A stretch of 64,000 nucleotides of DNA from the human T2T-CHM13v2.0 reference genome, Homo sapiens: assembly GCF_009914755.1 (NCBI RefSeq), contig NC_060939.1; one strand, given 5' to 3'. The position numbers were made by a program, and so were the translations under genes. Shown here one piece after another: positions 1-16,780 of the stretch (within the stretch, counting starts at the first letter, position 1; the number at the start of each line of letters is the position of its first letter). The notes under the pieces were generated by a model that did not search any database, was not told the DNA's origin, and worked only from the letters and a program-made list of their open reading frames with translations.

Positions 1-608
1 GGAGGATAGAATCTGAAAACATATTCTCCTGGCAGGCTCTACCATCCCACTGCACTCCTATCAGGGTTGTGGACAGGAGGAGTCACTCTCTGTGTAATGC
101 AGCCCCCTAGGTGCGGCTCAATTTTCCCTCCCATTGGACCTGAGGTAGGGGCATTGACCCCAGCCTTCCTGATCAAGGGATAGGATCCACAGCGAACCCC
201 CAACTTCCTCCTTCCCTCTCCACATTTCCTTTTTCCCTTCCATTCAAATCAAAGTACAACAGATACTTGATTTTTAAAGTCAAATGGTACCATAGTTATA
301 TCAGCAACAATAACAGGAAAACATTTCGGTAATTCCCTCCCCATCCCTGACTTCTCCCCTTCAAACTCTTTCAGTCATTTCTGTTACTTACATCCATATT
401 TCTAAGTAATGCATCCATACTGCTATTTTCTCAAATTAGTGATTTTAGATAGTGCCTTTTTACTCCCCATTACAGAAGATGAAGCATTAACTCTTTCATA
501 CCACCCCATATTCCATTTGTCCTCCCTTTCTCCTCCCAACATGGTAATATACAACTTTCAGAAAAAGCTGTATTCCATTAATGTGTTTCTGTCTGATTAT
601 GGCTATAA

Positions 609-1121
<513 letters not shown>

Positions 1122-1339
1122 TAAGACAGTAAGATGTGCCATTTTTTATGTACCACTAAGAAAGAACACTCCCAACTAAACTGTGACACTCCATTGTTTG
1201 TAGGATGCATCTCCATATCAGAAATGTTAAAATGTGAAAAATTTATGCATTTTCAAATCCATATAACTTGTTTTTTTGTTTTTGTTGCTTAGATTTCTTT
1301 TTAACTGTCATTATTTCTTCCCAAATTTGTTAAGAAAAT

Positions 1340-2430
<1,091 letters not shown>

Positions 2431-2813
2431 AATTGTTTATATATATAAATCCGCAAGCTCTGAGAGCTATTTTCTATAAGGTCCTATATCTGATTCCCTC
2501 TTTTCCCGAGATGTTCCTTCTGGAACCCTGTGTTATCTTATTCCACCTGGTTCTCTTCAGGCCTACTGCTGCTCAGCTGTCACCCTGGGACTTGCTTACA
2601 CCTCTCTTGGGTGGATGTCCTATTTTTGGAACCCTTGTCTTTCTCTTTCTTGGGTTATTCCCTCATTTTGGTAGAACACCTGAGAAAGTATACACAAGAG
2701 ATCAAATTTTGTGAAAAATTGCATATCTGAAAATGTCTTTATTCTACCATCACACTTGGTTAATAGCTTAGTAGGGAATATAATCTAGGTTTGGAAATCA
2801 CTTCCTCTTACAG

Positions 2814-3671
<858 letters not shown>

Positions 3672-4480
3672 AGGGAAGTTTTATATCCTTTCTTTGTTAA
3701 TTTTCTCTCTTTCATTTTCTCTATTTTCTCTTTCTGAAACTCCTTTTTTTTTTGTAATGTTAGACCCTCCGAATTTATCTTCGAATTTTTTTACCTCTCT
3801 TCTCTTATTGTTCTTTCTTTATAATTTTGTTTGCTTTCTGAAAATTGTCCTTAAGCTTGTCTTCCAACTTTTCTATCAACTTGTTTCCTGCTATCATAAT
3901 TTTAACTTTCCAAAGCTCTTTCCTCATGGTTGGGTTTTCTTTGTTTCTAATATGCCCTTCCTGTTTCATGTGAGTAATATCATTTCCTGTGTCTCTGAGA
4001 ATATTAATAGTTTCAAGGCATTTTTCTTTGTCCATGTGCATTGTCTCTGGACCCTCCATTCCTTTTTGTTTTGTTTGTTTTGATCTCTGTCTTCCATATT
4101 AGATTCTGTCCTCAAATCTATGGTGATCCTTTGTTTTACGTTCATACGTAACAATGAGTCCCTGAAGAGTTGCTTAAACACTGAGGAGTTGGGGAGGGAT
4201 AAGGCTTATCAACTAGTGTATCTTACTGTGAGATAACTGGGCTGAGACCATCTATTTCAATGGGGGGAACTCTTGGATTTCAGTACCTATAAATCTATTT
4301 TCTGGGGTCATGATATTTCTCCAGAGAAGAATCTTCCAGTCTCCTGCCTGGAGAGGGCACACATAGGGTAGAGAAAATTCCAGGAATACAGTGGCACAAA
4401 GAGGGAGGAGGTGGTGCTGAACATTCAGTTTATAAACTCTCCCGTAATCTTTCTTTAAAATACAGAACATTTTCCACTCC
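3672..4480 (-). mobile_element. Ancient L1 (L1ME-like) 5'/ORF1 region
   Basis: T-rich antisense sequence; the minus-strand ORF 3805-4059 is K/E-rich and resembles a degenerate L1 ORF1p coiled coil. Confidence 0.5.
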
Positions 4481-4495
4481 ACTGTGCCTGCCTGC

Positions 4496-4800
4496 TTTTT
4501 TTTTTTTTTTTTTTTTGAGACAAGGTCTTGCTCTGTCGCCCAGGCTGGAGTACAGTGGCGCAATCTCAGCTCACTGCAACCTCCGCCCCTGCTGAATTCA
4601 AGAGATTCTCCTGCCTCAGCCTCCCAAGTAACTTGGATTATGGGCATGTGCCACCATGCCCGGCTAATTTTTGCATTTTTAGTAGAAACAGGGTTGCACT
4701 ATGTTGCCCAGGCTGGCCTCGAACCCCTGTACTCAAGCGATCCACCTGACTCGGCCGGCCAAAGTGCTGGGATTACAGGCATGATCCACTGTGCCTGGCC
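4496..4800 (-). mobile_element. Alu SINE
   Basis: Full antisense Alu with poly-T; flanking repeat tgcctgctttt on both sides. Confidence 0.92.
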
Positions 4801-5209
4801 TGTGCCTGCTTTTCTGATTCAATATCTCCATAGGATAAAACTCCAGTTTCCTGTCAGAGAAGAAAGAGCCACCTGGATGTGGGTGATGGGCAGGTGGGCC
4901 TGGGGCTCTAGGCTTTCAACTCCGCTTCCTGTTTTCAGCCCCACCTTCGCCCTCGCTTTTGCAGTAATAGGTGCCTCCAGTTCCTGAGCTTCACAGTTCA
5001 GCTTTATCAGCTCTGCTTCCAAAACTGTGTTAACATTCCTTATCTCTCCTGTTGCTGCTCTCACTCTCTTAGTCCTTATTGCTTTATAAATCTTTTCTTT
5101 CTTTCCCCTTTTTTTAGTGGAGTTTTGAGCGACAACAGTGCTAACTACAGGTGCTCTCAATTCAGCATGTTTAACTGGCTGATTCTGAATTGGCTTTGCA
5201 GGGACAGAA

Positions 5210-5405
5210 TAGCAGGGTGAGGGAAAGCCTGGGCTTTAGAGCCAGACACATACATGGTTGAGTTCCGGCTCCACTTCTTCACATCCCTGTGTGTCCTCGG
5301 GCAAGATAATTTCAGGTTTCTCATCTGTAAAATGAGAATATCACCTCCGAACTCGTAGGGGTGTTGTAAGCATTAACTCTGATAATGCAGGCATTTTTGC
5401 CTAGC
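5210..5405 (+). mobile_element. MIR SINE
   Basis: MIR core-like: ctgtgtgtcctcgggcaag...tttctcatctgtaaaatgagaata. Confidence 0.7.
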
Positions 5406-5574
5406 CTTATCTGAATGCAAGGCCGTGCTCTGAACCATCCAAGCAGCCTGCCTCTTTTGAGAACAGCGTGACTCAGAAAGGGGCTTCTCTTTTCAGCCTG
5501 GATTTCAGGATAAAGAAATGCATGGAATAGAGCCGCAGCAACCTCAGGTGACTCATTCTGTGAGTGAGAGAGAA

Positions 5575-5896
<322 letters not shown>

Positions 5897-6306
5897 TGAT
5901 GGTCGTAAGACACTAAGATTCCGAGACTGTTACGGCAGCATCATTTAATGACAGTTAATTAATACAGCAGCAGTTTAAGGTGGTCCAAGTACTCCAAGAT
6001 GTTGGGTGAGAGAAGCTCATGCCAGGTAAAGTCACTAACTAGGTGAGACAGCCAGGAAGAGTTTGGGATTCACAACGGCAGCACCTACGACAGAGATACT
6101 GCCCTTCATCAAACCACTGGGGCAAGATGATTCATTGAAATGTTACCCTGTGCTCATTTGGTTTACATTTGCTCCTCCCCTGGCTCTTTCAAGCAGAGAG
6201 TGAGTCCCTTGGTGTTTCCTTGCCTTGGGTATTTCTGGTGGTCAGAGCATAAAAGCTATCGGAAGTTGGTGGGTCTTTCTGTCTTTTGCAATAATCTTGA
6301 CCTAAA

Positions 6307-6616
6307 TTTTTTTTTAAATTTCTTAATTATTTTTAGAGACAGGGTCTCACTCTGCCACCCAGGCTGGAGTGCAATGGTGTGATCATAGCTCACTGAAGCC
6401 TCCAACTCCTGAGCTCAGGTGATCCTCCCGCCTAAGCCTCCAGAGTAGCTGAGACTACAAGTGCTCACCACCATGCCCGGCTAATTTTTCTTTTTTGTAG
6501 AGACAGAGATCTCGCTATGTTGCCCAGGCTTGTCTCGAACTCCTGGCCTCAGGTGATCTTCCCTTCTCAGCCTCTCAAAGTATTAGGATTATAGGTGTGA
6601 GCCACTGCACCCAGCC
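6307..6616 (-). mobile_element. AluJ-type SINE
   Basis: Antisense dimeric Alu. Confidence 0.9.
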
Positions 6617-6685
6617 TTCGTTGACTCTTTATAGAGACTCTGTAAGGTGTCCTGGAAAGAGAAGAAAGAAAGGGTGGGCCTATGA

Positions 6686-6947
6686 TTTTTTGTTTTTTGA
6701 GATAGAGTCTTGCTCCGTCGCCCAGGCTGGAGTATGGTGACATGATCAGGGCTCACTGCAACCTCCATCTCCTGGGCTCGGGTGATCCTTCCACCTCAGC
6801 CTCTGGAGTAGCTGGAACTATAGGTGCATGCCACCATGCCTGGCCAATGTTTTGTATTTTTAGTAGAGATGGGGTTTCACCATGTTGCCCAGGCTGGTCT
6901 CAAACTCCTAGTGCTGGGATTACAGATGTGAGTCACTGCACCAGGCC
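6686..6947 (-). mobile_element. Alu SINE with an internal deletion in the left arm
   Basis: caaactcct joins directly to agtgctgggattac; TSD aagggtgggcct (6670-6681 / 6948-6959). Confidence 0.9.
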
Positions 6948-8059
6948 AAGGGTGGGCCTTTGAGAGCAGGAAGAAGGGAGAGGAAAAGATTTTTACCCCA
7001 GAAGGGAAAGGGGCAGAGTGTGACTAGGGCTGGGGGTAGGGAGGAAAGGTCTCAAACCTTGACTCTAGGCAGTGTCCAAAGGTGACAAGGCCTTAGAGGA
7101 CATGGCTGCCTGGTACACTCAGGGAGAGTGGATCTGAGCACAGAGCTTTCGCCCCTCCCTCACAATTCCCACATTCCAAGGGTGACTCCAAATCAGCAGA
7201 GCCACCAAGCCTGAGGTGCCACAAGGCTGGGATGATGGATGTTCTGCATTTGCTAGTGTGACCAGTGGAGCCAGCCTGACGCCTCAGCACTGCCTAAGAC
7301 CCTGGGACCTTGGCAAAATCTTGAGAATGGGGGAGGGAGACTCAACGATATGCCTGAGATTGAATTTCTTGCCAGCTCAGTGGGATAGTGGCTTAGAGTC
7401 AGATTTAAATTGAATTAGAAAAAATCAAGAAACAGGCCAAACCACTCCAGCCTTGCAATCCCTCGGGCTATCCCTAGCCACACCCCTTACTCTCATGCTC
7501 ACCAACAAGCAGTGCCTACCACCACTGGATGCCCCATGTGACCCATAGCTGAGGATCTTTATACACCCTCTCCCCAGGAGTGGGCATCCACTTGTGTTTC
7601 CCTGGACAGGGAGCTTCCAATCTTCCATCCTGAGGTCCTGCTAGAATGGGCTGTTAGAATATTCCCTCACTAGATAGAGGGGTGGGGAAGCAGGAGTCCA
7701 GTTTCAGAAGCAGGGAAGGGACTACAGTCATAGCGAGTGGTGGACACGTGGCGGAGGGTGGGACACCCTTTCACAAAGTGGCCCATCACACCACAACACA
7801 GTATGGGACAGGGCTGGCTTCTCTTCAGCTCTGGCATGGCCAGGGAGGGTACCTACCTGGGGTCCAGCTGCCCCCCCGAGCCTGTCTATCAGCCATTGTA
7901 CACCAGGCCAGTCCATGATGGGGTTCACCCAGGATGAGACCTGGACAGCAGCTGAGCCATGCAGAGCAAGTGGGTGGTTAAGAGGCAGATGGTCCAGTTG
8001 GTGCTTTCAGGCAAAGTGCCAGCTCCTCATCATGGCTCATGAGGATGCTTAGATCCAGC

Positions 8060-8460
8060 CCCTGATGACCCCCTATTTCACCTCTAGCCATTTCCTAGCA
8101 CAGCGCCTCCTCTGTCCTAGCTCCAGCCTCACTGAGCTGCTTTCAGTCCCTTGAAGGAGTTGCACTCTCCTTCCTCTCGGCTCTTCCACAGGCTGCTCCA
8201 GACGCTTGACCACTCCTTTCTTTCATGTACCTAATTCCTACTCATCCCTCAGGACCCAATGTGGCTGTCTTCTCTAGGAAGCCATCTGAACTTATAAGTT
8301 GAGTTAGGAGTCTGTTCTGGACCTCCCACAGCACCCTGATTCTCCTGTCTTGGCCCCTGTCATACCTTGTGAAGTCTTGTTTAATCATCTATCTCATACA
8401 TGTCAGTATGCTTCTGGGGGAAGGAAATGTGTCCATCTTGTTTAAAACAGTATCTTTAGG
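8060..8460. mobile_element. L2 LINE remnant
   Basis: L2-like motifs: cctaattcctactcatccctcagg, tctctaggaagccatctg, gtgtccatcttgttt. Confidence 0.55.
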
Positions 8461-9260
8461 GCTTGATGTCTAGTGAGGGAGGAAGGGAAGGGGAAGGAAA
8501 CGATAAGGGCATGGGAAGGAAGGATGGAAGGAAGGAGGGAAGGAAGACGAAAAGAAGAGAAACAGGGAAGGAGGCAAGGAAGACATTGAAGGAAGATTGC
8601 CCACTCCTTTCAGGGCACTCATTGCCCCAACAGATCTTCCCAGCAGGAGCAGCTGCACAGAGATCACCTATTCCTTCCTCTCACTCAGTAGGAGACATGC
8701 TCTTTATTGGTTAGAATGATTGACATTACCCAATATCAATTGCAAGTAACAGTGCATTCAATAGAAAATGGTTTACATGATGTGAGATTTTTAATATCTC
8801 ACATAGTAGCAACTCCAGGGGTAAGTGGCTCCAGGGTTAATCCAGGCATCAATGATGGTACCAGGGACCCTGGCTCTTGCCACCTCTCTGCTCTGTTATT
8901 TTGATTTTATCCTTGGATTGACCCCTTGTGGTCACAAGATGGCTGCTGAAGTTCTGGACATTACACCCAGACAGGGCCATGACTAGTAGAAAAGGCTTTT
9001 CCTCCCATGCATTCATTAGATGGGAAGAATCTTTCCACAGAAGCCCCAGCAGATATTTCTTTCTATCCTGGGATTAAGCCAGAGGCCCATGCTGTAGCTG
9101 CAAGGGAGGCTGGAAAAGCAAGTGCGTCTGCAGCTGGAAGCAGACTGCCAACATAGGAGCAGGAGGGAATGATTGATGCTTCCCTCTTTGTCTTACCTGT
9201 AAGGCTTGAGACTTCCTTGCCTTTGAAGATCCTCAGTATGGAATGCCAGTGCTTGGACCT

Positions 9261-9640
9261 TGATATGGTTTGGCTGTGTCCCCACACCCAAATCTCATCT
9301 TGAATTATAGTTCCCATAACCCCACGTGTCATGGGAGGGACCTGGTGGAAGGTAATTGAGTATTGGGGGTGGTTACCCCCATGCTGTTCTCATGATAGTG
9401 AGTTGAGTGAGTTCTCACAAAATCTGATGGTTTTATAAAGGGCCTTTCCCCCTTTGCTTGGCACTTCTCCTTCCTCCCACCATGTACAGAAAAATGTGTT
9501 TGCTTCCCCTTCTGCCATGATTGTAAGTTTCCTGAGGCCTCCCCAGCCCTGCAGAACTGTGAGTCAATTAAACCTCTTCCCTTTATAAATTACCCAGTCT
9601 CAAGTATTTCTTCATAGCAGTATGAGAATGGACTAATACA
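9261..9640 (+). mobile_element. THE1 (THE1D-like) MaLR solo LTR
   Basis: Starts tgatatggtttggctgtgtcccc and ends atggactaataca; perfect 5-bp TSD gacct (9256-9260 / 9641-9645). Confidence 0.93.
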
Positions 9641-9906
9641 GACCTGCAAGGCAGTTTTTTGGTGGCAATACATGGAAGTCTCCTCTCTGGATTTAGGCTG
9701 GAGACTGCTTGTTGATTCCAATAGCCATTTTCCCTTCTTTTCTTATAAGTGTATAGTTGGATATATGGCCACCCAGAATAAAATCAACATGTCCTGGCCT
9801 CCTTTGCGGTGGATGGGGGCACATAACTAAGTTTTGGCCAATGAGATGAAAGCAACATGCTATATAACTTCCAAAGTATACCTAAGAGAGGGCCATGCAC
9901 TTCTTC

Positions 9907-10020
9907 TAGGATGACCAACTTGTCCTGGTTTGCCTGAGACTTTACTGGTTTTAGCACTAAGAGTCCTGTATCCTAGGAAATCTCTCGGTCCTGGGCAAGC
10001 CAGGATAGTTGGTCACATTC
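9907..10020. mobile_element. MER81-like hAT MITE
   Basis: About 114 bp with terminal inverted repeats taggatgaccaacttgtcctggtttgcc ... ggcaagccaggatagttggtcac. Confidence 0.75.
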
Positions 10021-10245
10021 TCCATCCCTTCCTCTTTCCTTCTGGCTAGAATGTAAGTGTGATAGAGGCCATTGTGGAGCCCCAAGTGGAAGCCACATAC
10101 TGAGGATCTCACAAGATTAGGCTGTTAAGCTGGAGGGAGGCGGGGAGGGGGGGGAAATATTAGGCTGCTGGAATGGTGCAGGCACATTGATTTTAGGTTA
10201 CTCAAATTGTTTCTATAGAGAGGGGTCCTGAGCCTAGATCTCTGA

Positions 10246-10608
<363 letters not shown>

Positions 10609-11323
10609 TTATTTATTTTTTCTTTAGAGTCAAAGTCTTGCTCTGTCACTCAGGCTGGTGTGTGCAATGGCATGATCACAGGTCACTGCAGCCTCGAATT
10701 TCTGGGCTCAAGCAGTCCTCCTGGGGGTCTTGCTATGTTGCCTAGGCTGGTCTTGAGCTCCTGGTTTCAAGCAATCCACCTGAATTAGTCTGTTTTCATG
10801 CTGCTGCTAAAGACTTACCTGAGACTGGGCAATTTACAAAAGAAAGAGGTTTAAAGGATTTACAGTTCATATGGCTGGGGAGGCCTCACAATCATGGCAG
10901 AAGGTGAAAGGCACATCTCACATGGCAGCAGACAAGAGAAGAGAGCTTGTGCAGGGAAACTCCTTTCTAAAACCATCAGATCGTGTGAGTCTTATTCACT
11001 ATCACGAGAACAGCACAGGAAAGACCTGCCCCATGATTCAATTACCTCCCACCAGGTCCCTCCCACAACGTGTGGGAATTCAAGATGAGATTTGGGTGGG
11101 GACACAACCAAACCATATCACCACCTGTCTCAACCTCTTGAGCACCTGGGACTACAGGAACATGCCACCATGCCCAGCTAAGTTTTTTATTTTTATTTTT
11201 TTTAAGAGATGGGGGGTCTTGCTATGTTGCCCAGGTTGGTCTTGAACTGCTAGTTTCAAGTGATCCTCCTGCCTCAGCCTCCTGAGTAGCTGGGATTATA
11301 GGCATGAGCCACCATACCCAGCC
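10609..11323 (-). mobile_element. AluJ-type sequence(s) interrupted by a THE1 LTR
   Basis: Alu sequence at 10609-10780 resumes at 11121 (ccacctgtctcaacctc...cagccc). Confidence 0.8.
10781..11120 (-). mobile_element. THE1 (THE1A/B-like) MaLR solo LTR
   Basis: tgaattagtctgttttcatgctgct ... ggggacacaaccaaaccatatca; 5-bp TSD ccacc (10776-10780 / 11121-11125). Confidence 0.92.
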
Positions 11324-12544
11324 CTTCTATGTCATTTTAGCTTCTGTTATTTTGGATTATCTACGACCTGCAGCTGCAGCAAATCCTAACAGATAGAGAA
11401 ACAGGTCTAAAGCCTTGGAGGATGCTGGGGTGTTGGAGATCCGCTTTGTTACGTTGCTACTTGTGCACATTGGGGAGCAGGTGTTAGTCCTGAAAAGTTA
11501 AATTGTTTTCCACACAGGTGCTTCAGGGGCTGCCTTGGGGGATGAGTGGCTGACATTATGGTAAACTTTCTACCCCCCACCTCACCAAAGGCTTCAGCCT
11601 GAGTGGTTCCTGCTCTCGCTTCTTTTAGCAAAAGGGTTTCCTTCCTAAAAAACAATTTGAAAGCCACTGGTTCTTAAAGGAATAGTGATGGCCTGACCCC
11701 CTGTCATGCTCTGACCCTCCCCTCCCAGCTATTTTGCCACTTCTTGCCAATTTACATATGAACTGCACAAATTCATTCAGACACAGACATAATAGTGAAC
11801 TTAGAAACCAAAAAGAAACAGGAAGTTAAATCCTAGAAAAAGTTGCATCAGCCTAAATCCCTAGGAGAGACTTGGCAGCAGACGTTGTCCCTTGTAGCAG
11901 CCCCGTATGGGACTTGCTGCTACAGGGACCTCTCTGGGGGCCATCACCTTGGAAAGGGAACCTACGAGGCCCTGGGGTGTTGCATTATGTCCCAGGTGAC
12001 TGTTGTTTCTAAGAAAGTGTCACTGTTCCTGGAAATACTGGCTTCAGGTGCACCTGTGCAACCCAGGAATTGTCTGGGTTTGTGGGTGAGTCTGAGGGTA
12101 GGCTGCCAGGCTAGGGAATGAATATGCAGGCAGGGTTAGGGACAGACGCACTAGACGCACTTCAGAGGCTCGGGCAAAAGAAGGGCTAAGATTTAGTGAA
12201 TCTTGGAGTCAGGATTTCCTATCTGGTCCACTGTTGGTTGGTATGGAAGATACAAGCAGAGCCCTGTACTTGAGGAATCACTGGGGACCAAGACACCCAG
12301 GACAAGGGGCATAGTTTAGGGGATTTCTGAAGCCTGTACAGGTAAGCAGGGCTGGGCTATCTCTCCCAAACTCATCTGGCTAGAACCCATGTGGCCCATC
12401 TAACCCTTGAAGAGAGGACTTGTTGTTTCCCATCTCTGCCACTTCCTGGTTGAGCCTCAGTTTCCTCTTCTGCAGCATGGGGTAATAATAAAGCTTGCTT
12501 GATGGGTGTTGTGAGGGTGGGATGCAAAAATTCAGTCTGATGCC

Positions 12545-12931
12545 TGGTTTGGTGTGGCTTAGCTGGTTGTTCTGGCTCAGGGTCTCTCACGCTGCAGTCA
12601 TCTGAAGGCCTGACTGGGGCTGGAAGATCTACTTCCAAGATGGCTCACTCACAAGGCTGTTGACAGAGGCCTCAGCTCCTCTCTACATGGGCCTCTCCTT
12701 AGAGCTGCTTAAGTGTCTTCACGACATGGCAGCTGGCTTCCTCCACAATGGGTGACCCAAGGGAGAGAACAAAGTGGAAGCCACGATGTCTTTTATGGCC
12801 TAGCCTTGAAAGTCACATGCTGTTACTTCTGCAGTCTCCTATTGGTTACATGAGCCAACACTTTCTAACATGGGAGGCAAGGCTACCAGGAGGTAGGCAG
12901 CATTGGTGCCATCTTGGAGGCTGCTACCACA
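12545..12931 (-). mobile_element. MLT1 (MLT1F-like) MaLR LTR
   Basis: ggctcagggtctctca...ctacttccaagatggctcactcac...ccatcttggaggctgctaccaca. Confidence 0.75.
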
Positions 12932-14209
12932 ATGACCTAATTGAGCTGTGGAACCAATCTTGAGAACGATCTGTTGCCTTCTTGTTAAGTGATGTAAGAA
13001 GTCCTGCTGTTATGTTACTTGTAACTGAGAACATTCTGATATCTCATCCCCAAAGTTCTTTTTCTTGGTTAAGGTAGCCAGAGTCAGATTGTGTGACTTA
13101 CAACCAAAGCCCCTGACTGATCCCAGAGAGTAAGCCCAGCCCATCAGCCCGGGTAAGGGGAGAGGGAAAGGAGGATCCTGAGCTGGGGCACCCTCTGGGA
13201 CACTCACTTTGAACCTCAAAAACCTGACCTGGTCTTCTAGGATCCAAGAACAGGCACTGTGAAGGGAGAGAAAATGTGGCTTTTATATGCACAAATGGTC
13301 ATGGTTAGTTAAAAAGAAAAAGAAAAATGCTTGTATAGTAATGATATGACTCTGGTTCTGCCAGCTTCTACAGCTGGCTCTGTGGCTGAGTCTCTGCGGA
13401 AGGACAGAATCCTTCTCCTTTCTGATTCCCTGCTTAACTTTGGTATTGGACTAGTTCCAGCAGAGATTCCTAGCAACCAGGAGAATTGCTGAGGTTGCCA
13501 CCACGGGCCAGGAGAGCACCGAATTTATACAAGTCAGGTCTCCTACCAAAGATAGGCCAGAAAATCAGGATTCACTCAGTCCTCCATCGCCTTCATGTGG
13601 GCCCTGGCAAGCCTTCACGCTGAAGAAGGAAGAGAAGCCTGTGTGAACTCAGCCCTCTCTGATCTTCTGGATCAGCTGCAGCTGGGAGCACAGTGGCTGG
13701 GTTGTCCACAGATGCTGGCATCACCATTGCTGCCAGGCCTGGTAATTATGTGCTGGGAAAGGGAGCACCCTGCCCCCCCCACTCGGACTTCTGTAATTTG
13801 CTGGATCCCAAGAGCACACATGTAGGGGGCAGACTGCAGGGTCCCAAGCACAACATGCAGAGGGGCAGGCTGCAGGAAATGACCCAGGGTCATCTTCATC
13901 CAATACTGTAATCTTTTGTATCTGTGAGAAGCTGTAGGCGGGTGAGACACTGAAGCATTTCTTAGAAACAATAACTATTTAGCAATAATCTCCATCGCTA
14001 TGTAAAGGGCTTGGGCAAAGGGGTGTAGTGGGAGAGAATGCAGGACCCCAGGGGTCCTGGCTATGCCACACATGTATGGCATAGCCTTCAATTATTTCTC
14101 TCTCGTCGAGCCTTGATTTCTTTCTTTGAAAACAGAAGAAGTTGAATCACAAAATGTTACATGTAATAAGGACAGAGGGATTTGACTAATGGCCTAATAT
14201 GTAAAGTAC

Positions 14210-14760
14210 AATGCTTCTGGCTGCAAGTGACAGAGGACCTAACTAGAAATAGCTTAAACAACAAAGATGTATTACACCACGTAGCAAAGAGTTCAAATGT
14301 TGGATGGTTCTAGGGTTGGTGAATTTCAGCAGCTCTGTGATTACACTTGGGACAGGGACGCAAGTTCTTTCCATCTTTCCATTCTGCCATCCCCAGGTGC
14401 TAGCAGCTTTGCTCATGGATGGCTGAAACAGCTCCAGGTATTGCTTTCTCACCCAGTCATTCCAGAGGCAGAAAATGGTTAGGTATCTTTCTCGAGTCTC
14501 TTTTTTAGAAGGAAGGAGACTTTCTCAGAAGCCCCTCTCCACACCATCCTCCAAGACCACCCCATACATCTCACTGGCCATGGTTGCGTCACATGCCCGT
14601 GACTAACCAATCTCTCACATGTGGAAAGGAGTGACCACAGTTGGTTGAAACCAATCAACCTTGACCCTTTGTGCATGGGAAGGGTCTATACAGGACAGGA
14701 AGAAAAGTGGGAAGTAGGTGAGGGGGGAATAGATGTTGGTTGGACAGAAAACGAACTGTG
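14210..14760. mobile_element. Old MLT1-type LTR remnant
   Basis: tctggctgcaagtgacagag...tagcttaaacaacaaag...tctcactggccatggttgcgtcacatgccc. Confidence 0.55.
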
Positions 14761-14959
14761 TCTTTTACGGCTCAGCTCCTCCCCTCACAGATGGGGACCT
14801 GAGCTTGAGCGAGATTTCCTCAAGTCAAGTGCCACAGGACTTGGTGGCAGTCGGGGGTAAATTTGGTTCTCACCTTTTGCTTATGGCCTAGAGCAACTCG
14901 AGCATGGAACTAAGAATCTGATTCTCTGTGAAAACTTTCCCTTCTAAAATCATCTTAAG

Positions 14960-15121
14960 GGTCGGGCACAATGGCTCACATCTATAATCCCAACACTTTG
15001 GGAGGCAGAGGCAGGAGGATTGCTTGAACCCAGGAGTTTTAGACCAGCCTGGGCAACATGGTGAGACCTCATATCTACAAAAAAAAACAAAAACAAAAAA
15101 CAAAACAAAACAAAAAAATAT
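14960..15121 (+). mobile_element. Alu left monomer (FLAM-like)
   Basis: Single monomer with A-rich tail; TSD aaaatcatcttaag / aaaatcaccttaag. Confidence 0.85.
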
Positions 15122-15512
15122 AAAATCACCTTAAGTCCATGGCCAGTCTGAGATGTAATTTTCAGAGCTGACTCAAGCCTTTGACGTCTGTTATGCCTCC
15201 AGCCCCAGTGGAATGCCAATGAGAAGTTCAAGGGCACAGTGGGCAAGTGCTCTCCTGGCCGGCTGCAGGTTCAAATGCCATCACTGCCTTATCTGCTGTT
15301 TGTTGATCTCAGCGAACTATTCTGGCAGCAGCTGGCAGTGATACCATCTGCAAATGACAGTAGCAACCCCTATCAGGCATCCCTGTCAATGAGACTGTAT
15401 CAGTCAGTGGCCAGCCAGGAAAATGGAAACCACAGAGATATTTCAAGTTTTAATGAAGAGGATTGGTTACAAAGCTGTTGAAAGGGCTAGAGAACAAAAA
15501 TATGATAAGGGG

Positions 15513-16255
<743 letters not shown>

Positions 16256-16544
16256 TGGATGTTTCCCAGGGATTAGGAAGCTGCTTTATTCCAGGCACCC
16301 ATACATGTCATTGCTGAGCTGCTAGAGGGGCTGCCCCCACCCTACACAATAATCCAGCCCCTAATCCAGCCAGAACCACTGGCACTGCCAGAGCCAGAAT
16401 GGCTTTTCCCTTCCTCCAGCCTTCTCATCTCTTCAGTACTTCCACTGGCCAGACCCAATTAAAAACCAATTGGTTGGAGGAAAGGGATGGAAAGAAATGG
16501 ATTGAGGCCCCAACAGATCATATGTGGAACAGAAACATGTGAGA

Positions 16545-16780
16545 TGATGATCAATAGCATAGATTTCAGACTCAGAGAGGCCTGGGTTTGGGTCTTCACC
16601 CTGTGACCTTGGGCAAGTCACCTCCCTGGTGTAAGACTTAGTTTACTCATCTATAAAATAGGAATGATGATATACCCATTTCAGAGTATTGTTGTAAAGG
16701 CTCAAGAAGAAAATTATTATAAAGGACTTTAGCAGTGTCCAGCATCTTAGAAGGGGCTAAACAAATGTCAGCTGCAATTG
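16545..16780 (+). mobile_element. MIR SINE
   Basis: ctgtgaccttgggcaagtcac...ctcatctataaaataggaatgatgatatac. Confidence 0.7.

Noticed and set aside
3805-4059. K/E-rich 84-aa ORF on the minus strand
   Set aside because: Most consistent with a decayed L1 ORF1 coiled-coil remnant; no promoter or splice support.
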